64,000 bases of DNA. Source: Anthoceros angustus (Eukaryota > Plantae > Anthocerotophyta). Position numbers and translations under genes: made by a program. The stretch is from contig VJWM01000019.1 in assembly GCA_010909165.1 (NCBI GenBank), forward strand, positions 124,001 through 188,000, written 5' to 3'. The notes under the pieces are model-generated. The model searched no databases and was not told where the DNA came from. It saw nothing but the letters and a program-made list of their open reading frames with translations. Shown here in pieces: positions 35,301-48,123 of the stretch (its first letter is position 1; every line of letters begins with the position of its first letter).

Positions 35301-37479
35301 GTCCTCCTCCGTCCGTTTGGCTTGACGGGCCTCCTTAGTGCCTTGTGTTCCTCCGGTGAAGGAATTTGGTCGGTCCTTGCGGATGGACGGACCTCCCTCT
35401 CGCCTCCGGCGTTTCCCTCCTCAATCCAGAGCTTGGCCTTCCTTCTCGCCTCTGGGCTCCCTCCAGCTGCTCACGGAGGTACCATGCGCCTCGGGTGGCT
35501 TCTACCTCCACAGGTCTTCTCGGCCATCCCGAGACCCCAGGCATACCGTCCATGGCGGTGGCAGGACCCGTGTTTCTTCCACGGCGGCTGTGAGGCTCCC
35601 ACAAAGTCCGTGGCGGGGCCGGCATCTCACGGTCCGCCAAGGACCTCCACTGCTGTCAGTAAGTCGGTGGGTTCTCGGACCTAATCGGGACCCTTAGGTC
35701 ACGAGTCTTGGCTCGGGCTTCCCCTCCTTGGCCCCAGCGCGAGCTCCTTCTCGCCCTTTTCCTCCACAGGGCTCGGAGGAGGTGAGAGTCAGGAGCAAGC
35801 CTTTTGCCCCTTCCGGTCGGCAGGACCGGCTCGGGGTGGTGCAGTGTCCTCCGCTCCACAGGCGTCCTTCGCCCTCTGCTTCCTCCGCTTCTTGCCACTC
35901 AGGTGGCGGGGAAGAATCTTGGCACCGGAGGTGCAGCGTTGGTGGTGGTCTTGCGTCTCTTGGCTCCCTCACAGTCGGCGGGGCTCCTCGGTAGGAGTGA
36001 TGGGGTGGCGGGCTGCTGGTCGGGCTTCTGCTGGGCTGCTGGTTGGGGCACGGAGGAGGCGGGGAATTTCTTCCATACTTCCACAGGTGGTGAGGGGTCC
36101 GTTCAGCGTATGGAGTCAGGAATCCTCGATCGTCCTCCTCCGTCCGTTTGGCTTTCGACGATCGGCCTCCTCCCTCCGGCGCCCTTGCCCGCTCCACTTC
36201 CGGAGCCTCAGTCCTTTCGGGCGCTCGCTCAAGCTCTCCTTCCTTGAGGAGCTCGAAATGCCCCCATACATGGATCAGGTATGGGGGCCCCGATGGCGAG
36301 GTCTGAGCTTGCGAGCCTCACAGCTAAGCAGGCGAAAATAATCCTTCCGGTCGCCCTCTTCCCATTGCGGTAGCGTGCGGGGAATACCAGATTATCACCA
36401 AGGTGATCCACCTTGGTGAGTAGGTTCGATGGACAATGATCCGGGCCACCGCCCTTACTCGGCATCAGCGGTCGGATGTCGACCAACCGTTGGTGGTCGT
36501 GCGTCGAGCCTTAGCATCGGCTGCGTGGCCCTATCTTCCCTTCGCCTTGAGGGGCTCGGCACCCTCCCCTCTTCCTCCTTTGGGCGGTTGTAGGCGCCTC
36601 GGACCTCAAGGTCCATCGCCTTGGGTCCTCCGGAGGTTCTTGGACCGCACCTCCTTATTGACCGCCGCCGGCATCTTGGGCGAACTCCCGGACGGTGACC
36701 TTGTCAAATGTCGGACCATGGAACACATCCAAATGCCACTCCCGCACCAATTCTCCCACTTCCTGGGCGGGGCCCAAAGTCCGGATAGCGCGGGTCACAA
36801 TGTTGCGCTCCACAAGGTTCCATGGCTCCCAAACTTCCGCGGGCTTTTGGGTGCCATCGCCTTCTCCTCCTTGGTTTGCCCGCTTGTGGGAGGCTGGCAG
36901 CACGTTGCGCCTTCTTCGCGCGTTGTGCTCCGACCTCAGCGGTGAGCGCGGGCGTCGAGTGTCCACGAGATACCGCGAGCGGTTGCGGGCGCGAGATCGC
37001 GAGTGTCTCGAGGCTGCGTGAATGACCTTCGGCCGCCGGGAAGTAACCTGGGCGGGCGCCTCTTCCACTGTCGTAGCGCAGTGCATGGCTTGCCTTCGCC
37101 TCGCTTACTGCGGCCTTACGCGTACTGCGGTCTTCGCCGCGCGATCCGCGGCGTGAATACTGCTATAACGGCCTCGGCAGGTTACAGTCTGGCCATGCAT
37201 GCCGTTCTCCACTCGAGTTGCCGCGTGGCGCTGGTCGCTCCGGCTCAACTCTGAGTTACTTTGGCGTACTTATCACCGGTCTTGGGTGGGTCGGACTTAT
37301 CCATTACCGTGGCGCCTACCATAGTAGGTCACAGTGCGTTCCTCACTCCGGGGTCGGAGAATACTCAGTCTTGTCCGAGTGCTACCCATGCTTATTTCCC
37401 CTTTTAGCCTCATTTTATCCTTTACTCCTACAAAAAACAAAACCCTACCTAATTTCTAACCCCCAGAGTGTAGTCCACA
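29304..37479 (-). repeat. 5' LTR (8.2 kb as assembled; ~4.4 kb non-redundant)
   Basis: Starts tgtggcgcgac, ends gtgtagtccaca followed by the TSD. Internal jump-backs at ~32285, ~33597 and ~35330. Confidence 0.9.
30150..36900 (-). CDS. LTR(U3)-encoded accessory protein, 5' LTR copy (frameshifted and duplicated; ends approximate)
   Basis: Same peptide blocks as in the 3' LTR: EVWEPWNLVERNIV..TFDKVTVREFAQDAG (36655-36850), TKVDHLGDNLVFPARY, EDKKDTLELQPKTLEQGILNGRIQDF, VDSDFAYYHTEL. Confidence 0.65.
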
Positions 37480-38402
37480 CGCATTGATCACGGTGACTCG
37501 TAGATCTTACTAGAGATTAGATAATCATAATTTTTAGGTTAATTAAATTGGGATCTAACAAGGAATGTAAGCTATGTATGCGTGTTGTATGCAAAGTCGG
37601 GAAGAACAGGGGTTAAAATGCAGAATGGGACCAAGAATGACTGGACCATGTTATTGCACTATTGTTATAGCATTGTAACACCTAGGTTACACTCATTTTC
37701 CCGACCTTAGACCCATGGCAAATGATGTTGCGAGTTAGGAAAGGGGTAGCATCAAAATGTTATAAGCACCATAACATGGTCCTAGATTTTCTAGTAGTGT
37801 AGTGAGCTCGTTTCAAAACCGTTCTAGACATCACTTAATATAGTCGTTTACCATACTATTTCGTAGTTTGACATCATTCTTTGGAACTAAGACATGAGAG
37901 GTAATATACATATAATATTAATTAATCCATGACCAAAAATTAATCTATTTCATATTGTCATATTTATGTGAAATTGAAGAAAACAACTCGAGTCATGATC
38001 TTTTATCTTGAGAAATGCATGCAATTTGTCCTATATATGTGTTGCAAGCTTAAGGGTATGATGGATCCGAGATTATTGGAAGGTAATTATTTTTGGTGCA
38101 TGATGGATAGGAAGATAAATAGTTATATTAATTAAGTTCATGCATATTGGTCATAAGTTAATCATTATGTTTTCTTCTCGAAAAATATTGCTCATAGGCT
38201 AGCTAGCTAAAAAGTTTCGAGTTCTAGGCGAATGCAAGCATGTTTGTTCACATTGAGGTTTCTTTTATTCATGTGTTTGGAATTAGTTTGCGTGCAAGTT
38301 GTTTTATGTGTAAATTTGAATATATACGGTGCTCATTGATGAAGCATAATTTAATATGGTCTTTTGGTTATATGCGAGATTGTCTATTCTTATACTTTCA
38401 TC

Positions 38403-39749
38403 ATGATGAATCACGGATGTTGCAGGGCGAGACAATTTCCTCATTGATGCTTCAAAGAATGAATTGCCTTTATTGCAGCCAAATGAAACTTGGGAGGGGC
38501 TCCCATATGCACCGCACCATTTCCAAGCAAGGATGATGTATGGAAAAGGGTCATAAGGAGTCATCACACACTTGCAAAGAATATTTATAATGGATTTTAT
38601 CAATCAAGTGTCTCTTATAGCACCAATTGGGTTTCTTAAATCGAGCAACATCCCGGAGTTCACTAGTAGGCGCAATTGAAGACTTATGTGAAGAGCATTA
38701 TCCGGAGATGCAAGATTATGCCCATGAGTTTATTAATTCCTTTCGATGGAGTACCAAATCCAAACTCACATGCGGAAAATTGGTGGCGAGTGCAACTTAT
38801 GACCACCCTTGCATCCTTTTAGGAGCTTCGACACAAGACCAAGCGAGGCGATCATGCAATCTAAGAACTTGAGAGATGCCAATCCTACAAACCCAGTACT
38901 CTCTGCATACGCCATTGCAATGACTTCCAATTTACTTGAGAACGATGAATCACTGGTACCCTTCGTTGAGGATACTAAGCAACATCAAGTGGTTCAATCA
39001 ATGGTGAAGATCTACTTACGGAGTGATGTGTCGCCAAAAGGCTAGAAAAACTTGAAGTCAATGCCTCTTCTAAGAAAAACTCGAAACCTAGAGTCAACGT
39101 AGATTCGACTTTTGAATTACCTTCTAATGCGGCTCAACAAGGACTTTGTTTCAAGTTACTAGATGATGGTATTTCACCTCATATGTCTCTAGAGAGCTTT
39201 CCTCCCATTTCAAAAGATGGTTTGTGTGGTTCTTCTCAAGAGGGTGGAAGAACTTGAAGCCAACATAGGTTCAACTTTTAGATTTGCTTCTAATGCGGTT
39301 GAAAAGATGATGCTTCCCGATTAGCAAATGATGATTTTCCAACCTCTCATACGCCTCGAGAGCTTTCCTTCCATCTCGAATATAGTTTGTGTGGTTGTTC
39401 TCCAAAGAAGGTGGAAGAACATGAGGTCATTATAGGATCGACATGAATATCCTACTCTGCGACTCAAGAAGGCAATGGGGTCAAGTTACAAAATGATGGT
39501 TCTCCAACTGACGCCTCATCCGAGTCCTTCCATGCTAGAAGAAGGTTTGTTACAAGATGGTGCATCTCTTTCTACTCTAGATGTTCGGTGAGCCACTTGC
39601 TTCCGCTATAGATAATGCTTTTAGAAGGTTTGGCAGCACATGTTGAATCTTATCTGCAAATCTAATGGTGAGTCAAATTCTTGCCTTTCGAGAGGATGTT
39701 TTCTACTAATTCCTCTTTTGATGATATCTTTAGGAATTTTCATGATTAA
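38403..39749 (+). CDS. Array orphan gene A, unit 2
   Basis: Near-identical to 8874-10257; frameshifted as assembled. Confidence 0.55.
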
Positions 39750-40122
39750 TTAGTATGTAACGGTTATATGATGTATTTCAACTTTCTTTTTAATATATGA
39801 AAATATTCTAAACAAGTTGGTCAAGCTATGATAAACAAAAGAATTTAGAGTTTTGCATCCGTAAAGGACCCAAACAATTCATCACGATCACCTTATAAAT
39901 AGAACTATATACCATAAGTTCCCAACATCATAATATGAGTAGAAGTACCGCCTACATAAAAGTTGATTGCGAGATGTGAGTTTGGCCCAAAATTATGTAT
40001 AAACCAAAGATAAGTATTGTAGTATGTACTTTGACAACTTAGTCTATCCGCCACACATGTACATATTTGGGCGTTGGAAATCTGGGAAATTGTAGTCTTG
40101 CGGTCAGAGGTGTGTAGTGGCT

Positions 40123-40712
40123 ATGGCGGAGGAGGCAAAAGTGGTGGTGTTCTCGCCACGAGCCTGCGGCTCCTCTGGCGTGTGAGGCTAGCTCGGGAAG
40201 GCCATTCCCTTCCGTATCAGTGGTTGATCTTCGCAAAGAGCATCGATTCACGCCCGCCCAACCGCCTCAACCCCTTCATGAGTGCCAGTCGGCCATGACG
40301 GCGCCGCCATCCCGACTCAACGCACGCAATACACGGAGGCGCTTCCGAGCCCGCCTCCTCCCCATGACCTCGGCGGCCTTGGCGTGCTGTAGTCGCCGTC
40401 GTGGTGTCGGGATCTAGCCCTTCCGAGCGGCTGCCGAGGTCACCGCCCGGGAGAGGCAGGCGGGCTGGCCTAGGCTCGGCGCTTCGTCCGGAGGGCTTCG
40501 CGTTGGAGCATGGTGGCGGAGGCCGGGAGGTTTTGCTTGAGGATGAGGTGACCTGGCGGATGTGGTGTTGATCCTGCGGGTTTACAATGCGAGATTGTTC
40601 GAGGTGGATATGGAGAACGAGGCCATCAAGCCCTTCTTGCGGCCGTTGCTGGCAAAAGGGCAAGGGTGAAATATTATGTTGGAAGAATCATAACTATGGC
40701 TTTTTCTTCTTG
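40123..40712 (+). other. GC-rich island / putative ORF C, unit 2
   Basis: Homologous to 10639-11392. Confidence 0.35.
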
Positions 40713-42029
40713 ATTTTATAGTTTTCCACGGGTTTGACTATCATTAAGGTTTTACTAATGAAACCTAAGAGTTTTCTCTTCTTCAAATGTTTTATGAAGA
40801 GAGAAGGCCGAGTTGTTCCTAGTTCGTGAGGGGAGGATTTTGCAATGAAGTACTCTTTAGGTTTCGGTGCTCTAAAGTCAAGATACTTTACAAGTCCATT
40901 GGTGTAGGTGAATGATACTATACATGTTCAATAGTGTAGGTTCATTATAATTATAAAATTGTACAAGAATCTACGGTTAAGGCATGTGCCATTGTACTAG
41001 GATCTCAATTATTCTCCTGAGAAGGTGTCCTTAGGCAGCAATTTTGTACCTTATCTTGTAGACATTAAGATGTACCTTGTCTATTGTTTCCTACTCAAGC
41101 TCTTTTCTTGATCTTGCTTTGTGCTAGTCACTCTCTTTTGATCTTGATTTGTGTCATTCTTTCTCATTCACTTCAATAGTTTTACCACTAGAAGAAGCTA
41201 AGACAATCATGCTTTCTAAGGAGAAATGTCACTATAGCAAACCAGCATATTACTCTTGCATTTGTCATCTTATAAGAGGACGAGAGACCTAACCTAGTGG
41301 TTGCGCCTTTAATTCAAGCTTGGATTTCTTTCTATTAATCAAGTAGACAATCGCTCATCAAATTACAAGATGGTGGTTTTCTTTGTAATGTCTCCGCCAC
41401 TCTCTTCCATTTCGGAGGATGGTAAAATTGTTCCAAGATTAATGACATGGATAGATATATCTTGTGCACATGTCCTCACACTACACAAGAGATATCGAAC
41501 AAATTATTCCATAGTTTCACTATCATCCCTACTATATAATAAACTCATCGGAAGTAATGGTTATGGTAATATAATCAATAAATAAAAAGTTGTGTCTACT
41601 TCATACTCTCCGGTTTATGTAATGAAATGGATTCAAAGATCGAGTGTATCAACTTTTGTCTTGAAATGAAAGTAGTTGCCCCTATATGTGTGTTGCAACT
41701 GGAAAGTGTGAAGGCTTTGGAGACTTAAGGTGGGTTGCCATTTTGCTGCATTTGTATAGCTATGTTGATTAAACCATATTGAACATGTCACAGTCCCGAT
41801 GATCTTATGCTCATTAAAATGTTTGAGTTCTAGACTAGTGCCTTGTATCTTGAAGAGTTTGCAAGAGGAATGCGTTTTGTTCACATAAGTTTTATTTTAT
41901 TCATATCTTTAGAATTAGTTTGCATGCAAGTATTTTCATATTTAAATTGAAATAGGTGGTTGATGAAGTATACTTTAATATAGACTTTTGGTTTTATGTA
42001 GGACGGTGTTTGGTGCTTATACTTCTATC

Positions 42030-42516
42030 ATGTCGACTCCACGAATTCGCGCAAGGACCTCTTCAAAATGCTTGAAATAGACAATGGTGTCATGTTACGG
42101 ATGATGGTTTTCCACCTCTCATGCGGCGCCTCGGCGCTTCCTTCCATTTTAGAAGGATTCTTCTCCAACGAGGGTGAAAGAACTTGAAGCCAACACACCT
42201 TCAACATTTGGATTTCGTTCTCTGTGGTGAAGAAAACAATAGTTTCCAATTCAGGATGATTGTTTTCCTCTCTATGCCTCAGCCCCTTCCTTCAATTTCA
42301 AAAGGTGGTGTATTACAAGATGGTGGCTCTTCTAGTACTCTAGATAAGCTCATGGTGAGCCTCTTGCTTCTATTTTGGATAATATTTTTGAAGACGGTTT
42401 GTTGCAATTTGCTGAATCTTATAGTGCAAATCTTATGGCTCAGCGAATCCTTCCCTTTTCAAGATGTTTTCTCTCCTTCATCCTTCGACAATATTTTTGG
42501 TTCTTTAGATGATTAA
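42030..42516 (+). CDS. Array orphan gene B, unit 2
   Basis: Ends SFPFQDVFSPSSFDNIFGSLDD* (ORF 42184-42516). Confidence 0.55.
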
Positions 42517-44006
42517 TTAGTGTGCCAATTATAACTATTTGATATATTTGAATATATTTCTAAGATGTATAACGAAAATCAAGTGTGTCACCATGTTTGC
42601 TCTAATATATATGGTGGTCATGTAATTCACAAGGATCACATCTAACGCACAACCACGACCAGGTCATCATCCAACACATCTAGTGAGGTTGAAGGAGTAA
42701 GCGCAAGCTGAATTTGGCTGTTGGGGTTGAACCAAAAGCGTAGCCATGGAATTGGGATGCAAGCAAAGCCACTCTCGGTCCCACACATACCTATGAGATT
42801 TCTCATATTGGTGAGATCACAAACTTATGTGAAGCAGAATCAAGCCACTGACCGCTTGCATCACGGTGTTGTCGCGTGGTGGATGCGGTTGCAAATAGAG
42901 AAAGGTACCCGCCTCCCAACTTGATGACTTGGAAAAATGAAGTTACTTTCTTGCAGCTTTCTACAAATATCGGAAAAATGGCAAACTCAACATGGAATGT
43001 GATTTGGTGTTTTGGTTAGTCGATCCTGAGGTAGAGGGTCTCGGGATGAAAGTAGTTGAATAGTTATTTGATCACGGGGTCCATGGTAAATCGGCCCCAT
43101 CTTGACCGAAATTATTTGAATATGTTTTGGTTAGAAGAAGAAGAAGAAGAATTTTATTTAAGTCCACTAGGGATGGATTTAGTCATGGGACTTGGTACTT
43201 CACAACTTGTACCATGGTGTGCCTAAGCTACTTACCAAGGGCATCCACTCCTTTAGGCACCCCATCTAAGTACCGATCCAAGATCAGGGATGCTTGATCA
43301 CGGCGTCCTTATAAATGTGTGTCCATTTGGCCTAAGCCATTTGGACCACATGCCAAGCGTCATGCATGTACATATATAATCAGCTAGGTGTGGTGGCCCC
43401 ACCTTCACAAGGGGCAGCTAGGCAACCACTCCACGATGCGGACAAGGAAGGACACTTGTGCCCATCAAAGTAACCCATTTTTTAAGGACGCTTATGGTGT
43501 CCATGATGGACCGGCTCGAGGGTAGCTTAATTAATTAACGTCCAAAAAATTAATCTATTTCATATTGTCATATTTATGTGAAATTGAAGAAAACAACTCG
43601 AGTCATGATCTTTTATCTTGAAATGCATGCAATTTGTCCTATATATGTGTTGCAAGCTTAAGGGTATGATGGATTTGGAGATTATTGGAAGGTAATTATT
43701 TTGGTGCATGATGGATAGGAAGATAAATAGTTATATTAATTAAGTTCATGCATATTGGTCATAAGTTAATCATTATGTTTTCTTCTCGAAAAAATATTGC
43801 TCATAGGCTAGCTAGCTAAAAGTTTGAGTTCTAGGGAATGCAAGCATGTTTGTTCACATTGAGGTTTCTTTTATTCATGTGTTTGGAATTAGTTTTGCGT
43901 GCAAGTTGTTTTATGTGTAAATTGGAATATATCGGTGCTCATTGATGAAGCATAATTTAATATGGTCTTTTGGTTATATACGATTGTCTATTCTTATACT
44001 TTCATC

Positions 44007-45351
44007 ATGATGAATCACCGGATGTTGCGCAGACAATTTCCTCGTTTGATGCTTCAAAGAATGAATTGCCTTTATTGCAGCCAAATGAAACTTGGGAGGG
44101 GCTCCCATATGCACGGCACCATTTCCAAGCAAGGATGATGTATGGAAAAGGGTCATAAGGAGTCATCACACACTTGCAAAGAATATTTATAATGGATTTT
44201 ATCAATCCGTGTCTCTTATAGCACCAATTGGGTTTCTTAAATCGAGCAACATCCCGGAGTTCACTAGTAGGCGCAATTGAAGACTTATGTGAAAGAGCAT
44301 TATCCGGAGATGCAAGATTATGCCCATGAGTTTATTAATTCCTTCGGTGGAAGTACCAAATCCAAACTCACATGCGGGAAAATTGGTGACGAGTGCAACT
44401 TATGACCACCCTTGCATCCTTTTAGGAGCTTGACACAAGACCAAGAGGCGATCATGCAATCTAAGAACTTGAGAGATGCCAATCCTACAAACCCGGGTAC
44501 TCTCTGCATACGCCATTGCAATGACTTCCAATTTACTTGAGAACGATGAATCATGGTACCCTTCTGAGGATACTAAGCAACATCAAGCTGGTTCAATCAA
44601 TGGTGAAGATCTACTTGCGGTGATGTGTCGCCAAAAGGCTAGAAAAACTTGAAGTCAATGCCTCTTCTAAGAAAACTCGAAACCTAGAGTCAACGTAGAT
44701 TCGACTTTTGAATTACCTTCTAATGCGGCTCAACAAGGACTTTGTTTCAAGTTACTAGATGATGGTATTTCACCTCATATGTCTCTAGAGAGCTTTCCTC
44801 CCATTTCAAAAGATGGTTTGTGTGGTTCTTCTCAAGAGAGGTGGAAGAACTTGAAGCCAACATAGGTTCAACTTTTAGATTTGCTTCTAATGCGGTTGAA
44901 AAGATGATGCTTCCAGTTAGCAAATGATGATTTTCCAACCTCTCATACGCCTCCGGAGCTTTCCTTCCATCTCGAATATAGTTTGTGTGGTTGTTCTCCA
45001 AAGAAGGTGGAAGAACATGAGGTCATTATAGGATCGACTTATGAATATCCTACTCTGCGACTCAAGAAGGCAATGGGGTCAAGTTACAAAATGATGGTTC
45101 TCCAACTCGCCTCATCGAGTCCTTCCATGCTAGAAGAAGGTTTGTTACAAGATGGTGCATCTCTTTCTACTCTAGATCATTTCGTGAGCCACTTGCTTCC
45201 GCTATAGATAATGCTTTTAGAGAAGGTTTGGCAGCACATGTTGAATCTTATGCTGCAAATCTAATGGTGAGTCAAATTCTTGCCTTTCGAGGAGGATGTT
45301 TTCTCGCCTAATTCCTCTTTTGATGATATCTTTAGGAATTTTCATGATTAA
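44007..45351 (+). CDS. Array orphan gene A, unit 3
   Basis: Near-identical to other A copies. Confidence 0.55.
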
Positions 45352-45728
45352 TTAGTATGTAACGGTTATATGATGTATTTCAACTTTCTTTTTAATATAT
45401 GAAAATATTCTAAACAAGTTGGTCAAGCTATGATAAACAAAAGAATTTAGAGTTTTGCATCCGAGAAAGGACCCAAACAATTCATCACAGTCACCTTATA
45501 AATAGAACTATATACCATAAGTTCCCAACATCATAATATGAGTAGAAGTACATACATAAAAGTTGATTGCGGATGTAGTTTGGCCCAAAATTATGTATAA
45601 ACCAAAGATAAGTATTGTAGTATGTACTTTGACAACCGTCTATGCCACTTCCGCCACACATGTACATATTTGCTGGGCGTTGAAATCTGAAATTGTAGTC
45701 TTTGCGGTAGAGGTGTCGGGTAGTGGCT

Positions 45729-46321
45729 ATGGCGGAGGAGGCAAAAGTGGTGGTGTTCTCACAGGCAGCTCCACTCTGGCGTGTGAGGCTAGCTCTGAAG
45801 GCCATTCCCTTCCGTATCAGTGGTTGATCTTCGCAAAGAGCATCGATTCACGCCCGCTTCAACCGCCTCAACCCCTTGGTGCAGTCACGGCCATGGGCGG
45901 CGCCGCCATCCCGACTCAACGCGCACTGCGATTACACGGAGGCGCTTCCGAGCCCGCCCCTCCTCCCCATGACCTCCGGCGGTAGCCGGCGGTGTGGGAG
46001 TCGCCGTCGTGGTGTCGGGATCTAGCCCTTCCGAGCGGCGGTGCTGCTAGAGTCCTTTGAGGAGGCGAGCGGCTGGCCTAGGCTCGGCCTTCCGGGAGGG
46101 CTTCGCCCGCGTTGGAGCATGGTGGCGGAGGCCGGAGGTTTTGCTTGAGGATGAGGTGACCTGGCGGATGTGGTGTTGATCCTGCGGGTTTACAATGCGA
46201 GATTGTTCGAGGTGGATATGGAGAGCAGGGCCACTTAAAGCCCTTCTTGCGAGCCGTTCGCAAAAGGGCAAGGGTGAAATATTATGTTGGAAGAATCATA
46301 ACTATGGCTTTTTCTTCTTGA
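45729..46321 (+). other. GC-rich island / putative ORF C, unit 3
   Basis: Homologous to 10639-11392. Confidence 0.35.
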
Positions 46322-47636
46322 TTTTATAGTTTTCCCGGGTTTGACTATCATTAAGGTTTTACTAATGAAACCTAAGAGTTTTCTCTTCTTCAAATGTTTT
46401 ATGAAGAGAGAAGGCCGAGTTGTTCCTAGTTCGTGAGGGGAGGATTTTGCAATGAAGTACTCTTTAGGTTTCGGTGCTCTAAAGTCAAGATACTTTACAA
46501 GTCCATTGGTGTAGGTGAATGATACTATACATGTTCAATAGTGTAGGTTCATTATAATTATAAAATTGTACAAGAATCTACGGTTAAGGCATGTGCCATT
46601 GTACTAGGATCTCAATTATTCTCCTACGAAGGTGTCCTTAGGCAGCAATTTTTGTACCTTATCTTGTAGACATTAAGATGTACCTTGTCTATTGTTTCCT
46701 ACTCAAGCTCTTTTCTTGATCTTGCTTTGTGCTAGTCACTCTCTTTTGATCTTGATTTGTGTCATTCTTTCTCATTCACTTCAATAGTTTTACCACTAGA
46801 AGAAGCTAAGACAATCATGCTTTCTAAGGAGAAATGTCACTATAGCAAACCAGCATATTACTCTTGCATTTGTCATCTTATAAGAGGACGAAGACCTAAC
46901 CTAGTGGTTGCGCCTTTAATTCAAGCTTGGATTTCTTTCTATTAGTCTTGAAGTAGACAATCGCTCATCAAATTACAAGATGGTGGTTTCTTTGTAATGT
47001 CTCCGCCACTCTCTTCCATTTCGGAGGATGGTAAAATTGTTCCAAGATTAATGACATGGATAGATATATCTTGTGCACATGTCCTCACACTACACAAGAG
47101 ATATCGAACAAATTATTCCATAGTTTCACTATCATCCCTACTATATAATAAATTCATCAAGTAATGGTTATGGTAATATAATCAATAAATAAAAAGTTGT
47201 GTCTACTTCATACTCTCCGGTTTATGTAATGAAATGGATTCAAAGATCGAGTGTATCAACTTTTGTCTTGAAATAAGTAGTTGCCCCTATATGTGTGTTG
47301 CAATCTGGAAAGTGTGAAGGCTTTGGAGACTTAAGGTGGGTTGCCATTTTCTGCATTTGTATAGCTATGTTGATTAAACCATATTGAACATGTCACAGTC
47401 TGATGATCTTATGCTCATTAAAATGTTTGAGTTCTAGACTAGTGCCTTGTATCTTGAAGAGTTTGCAAGAGGAATGCAGCGTTTTGTTCACATAAGTTTT
47501 ATTTTATTCATATCTTTAGAATTAGTTTGCATGCAAGTATTTTCATATTTAAATTGAAATAGGTGGTTGATGAAGTATACTTTAATATAGACTTTTGGTT
47601 TATGTAGGACGGTGTTTCCGTGCTTATACTTCTATC

Positions 47637-48123
47637 ATGTCGACTCCACGGAATTGCAGGACCTCTTCAAAATGCTTGAAATAGACAATGGTGTCATGTT
47701 ACAGGATGATGGTTTTCCACCTCTCATGCCGGCGCCTCGGCCGCTTCCTTCCATTTTAGAGAAGGATTCTTCTCCAACGAGGGTGAAAGAACTTGAAGCC
47801 AACACACCTTCAACATTTGGATTTCGTTCTCATGGTGAAGAAAACAATAGTTTCCAATTACGGGATGATTGTTTTCCTCTGCTGCCTCAGCCCCTTCCTT
47901 CAATTTCAAAAGGTGGTGTATTACAAGATGGTGGCTCTTCTAGTACTCTAGATAAGCTCATGTGAGCCTCTTGCTTCTATTTTGGATAATATTTTTGAAG
48001 ACGGTTTGTTGCAATTTCTTTGAATCTTATAGTGCAAATCTTATGGCTCACCAATCCTTCCCTTTTAGAAGATGTTTTCTCTCCTTCATCCTTGACAATA
48101 TTTTTGGTTCTTTAGATGATTAA
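47637..48123 (+). CDS. Array orphan gene B, unit 3
   Basis: ORF 47612-47965 gives DLFKMLEIDNGVMLQDDGFPPLMPAPRPLPSILEKDSSPTRVKELEANTPSTF..LQDGGSSSTLDKLM in one frame. Confidence 0.6.

Larger units (their letters stand above)
16297..37479 (-). mobile_element. Full-length Ty3/gypsy non-chromovirus (Athila-like) LTR retrotransposon
   Basis: TG..CA termini (TGTG(G)..CCACA). 5-bp TSD cgcat at 16292-16296 and 37480-37484, matching the empty site ttggcgcattgatac in other units. PBS and PPT present. Domain order gag-PR-RT-RH-IN. Confidence 0.95.

Noticed and set aside
14302-37254. Hundreds of overlapping Pro/Arg/Ser-rich ORFs on both strands of the LTRs (e.g. 33658-34878 +, 406 aa)
   Set aside because: Shadow frames of GC-rich sequence, antisense or out of frame to the coiled-coil gene, and not conserved between LTR copies.
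16297-37479. Interpretation as several nested or independent retroelements
   Set aside because: Only one gag-pol, one PBS, one PPT and one TSD pair. The extra LTR segments are colinear jump-back duplicates without their own termini.
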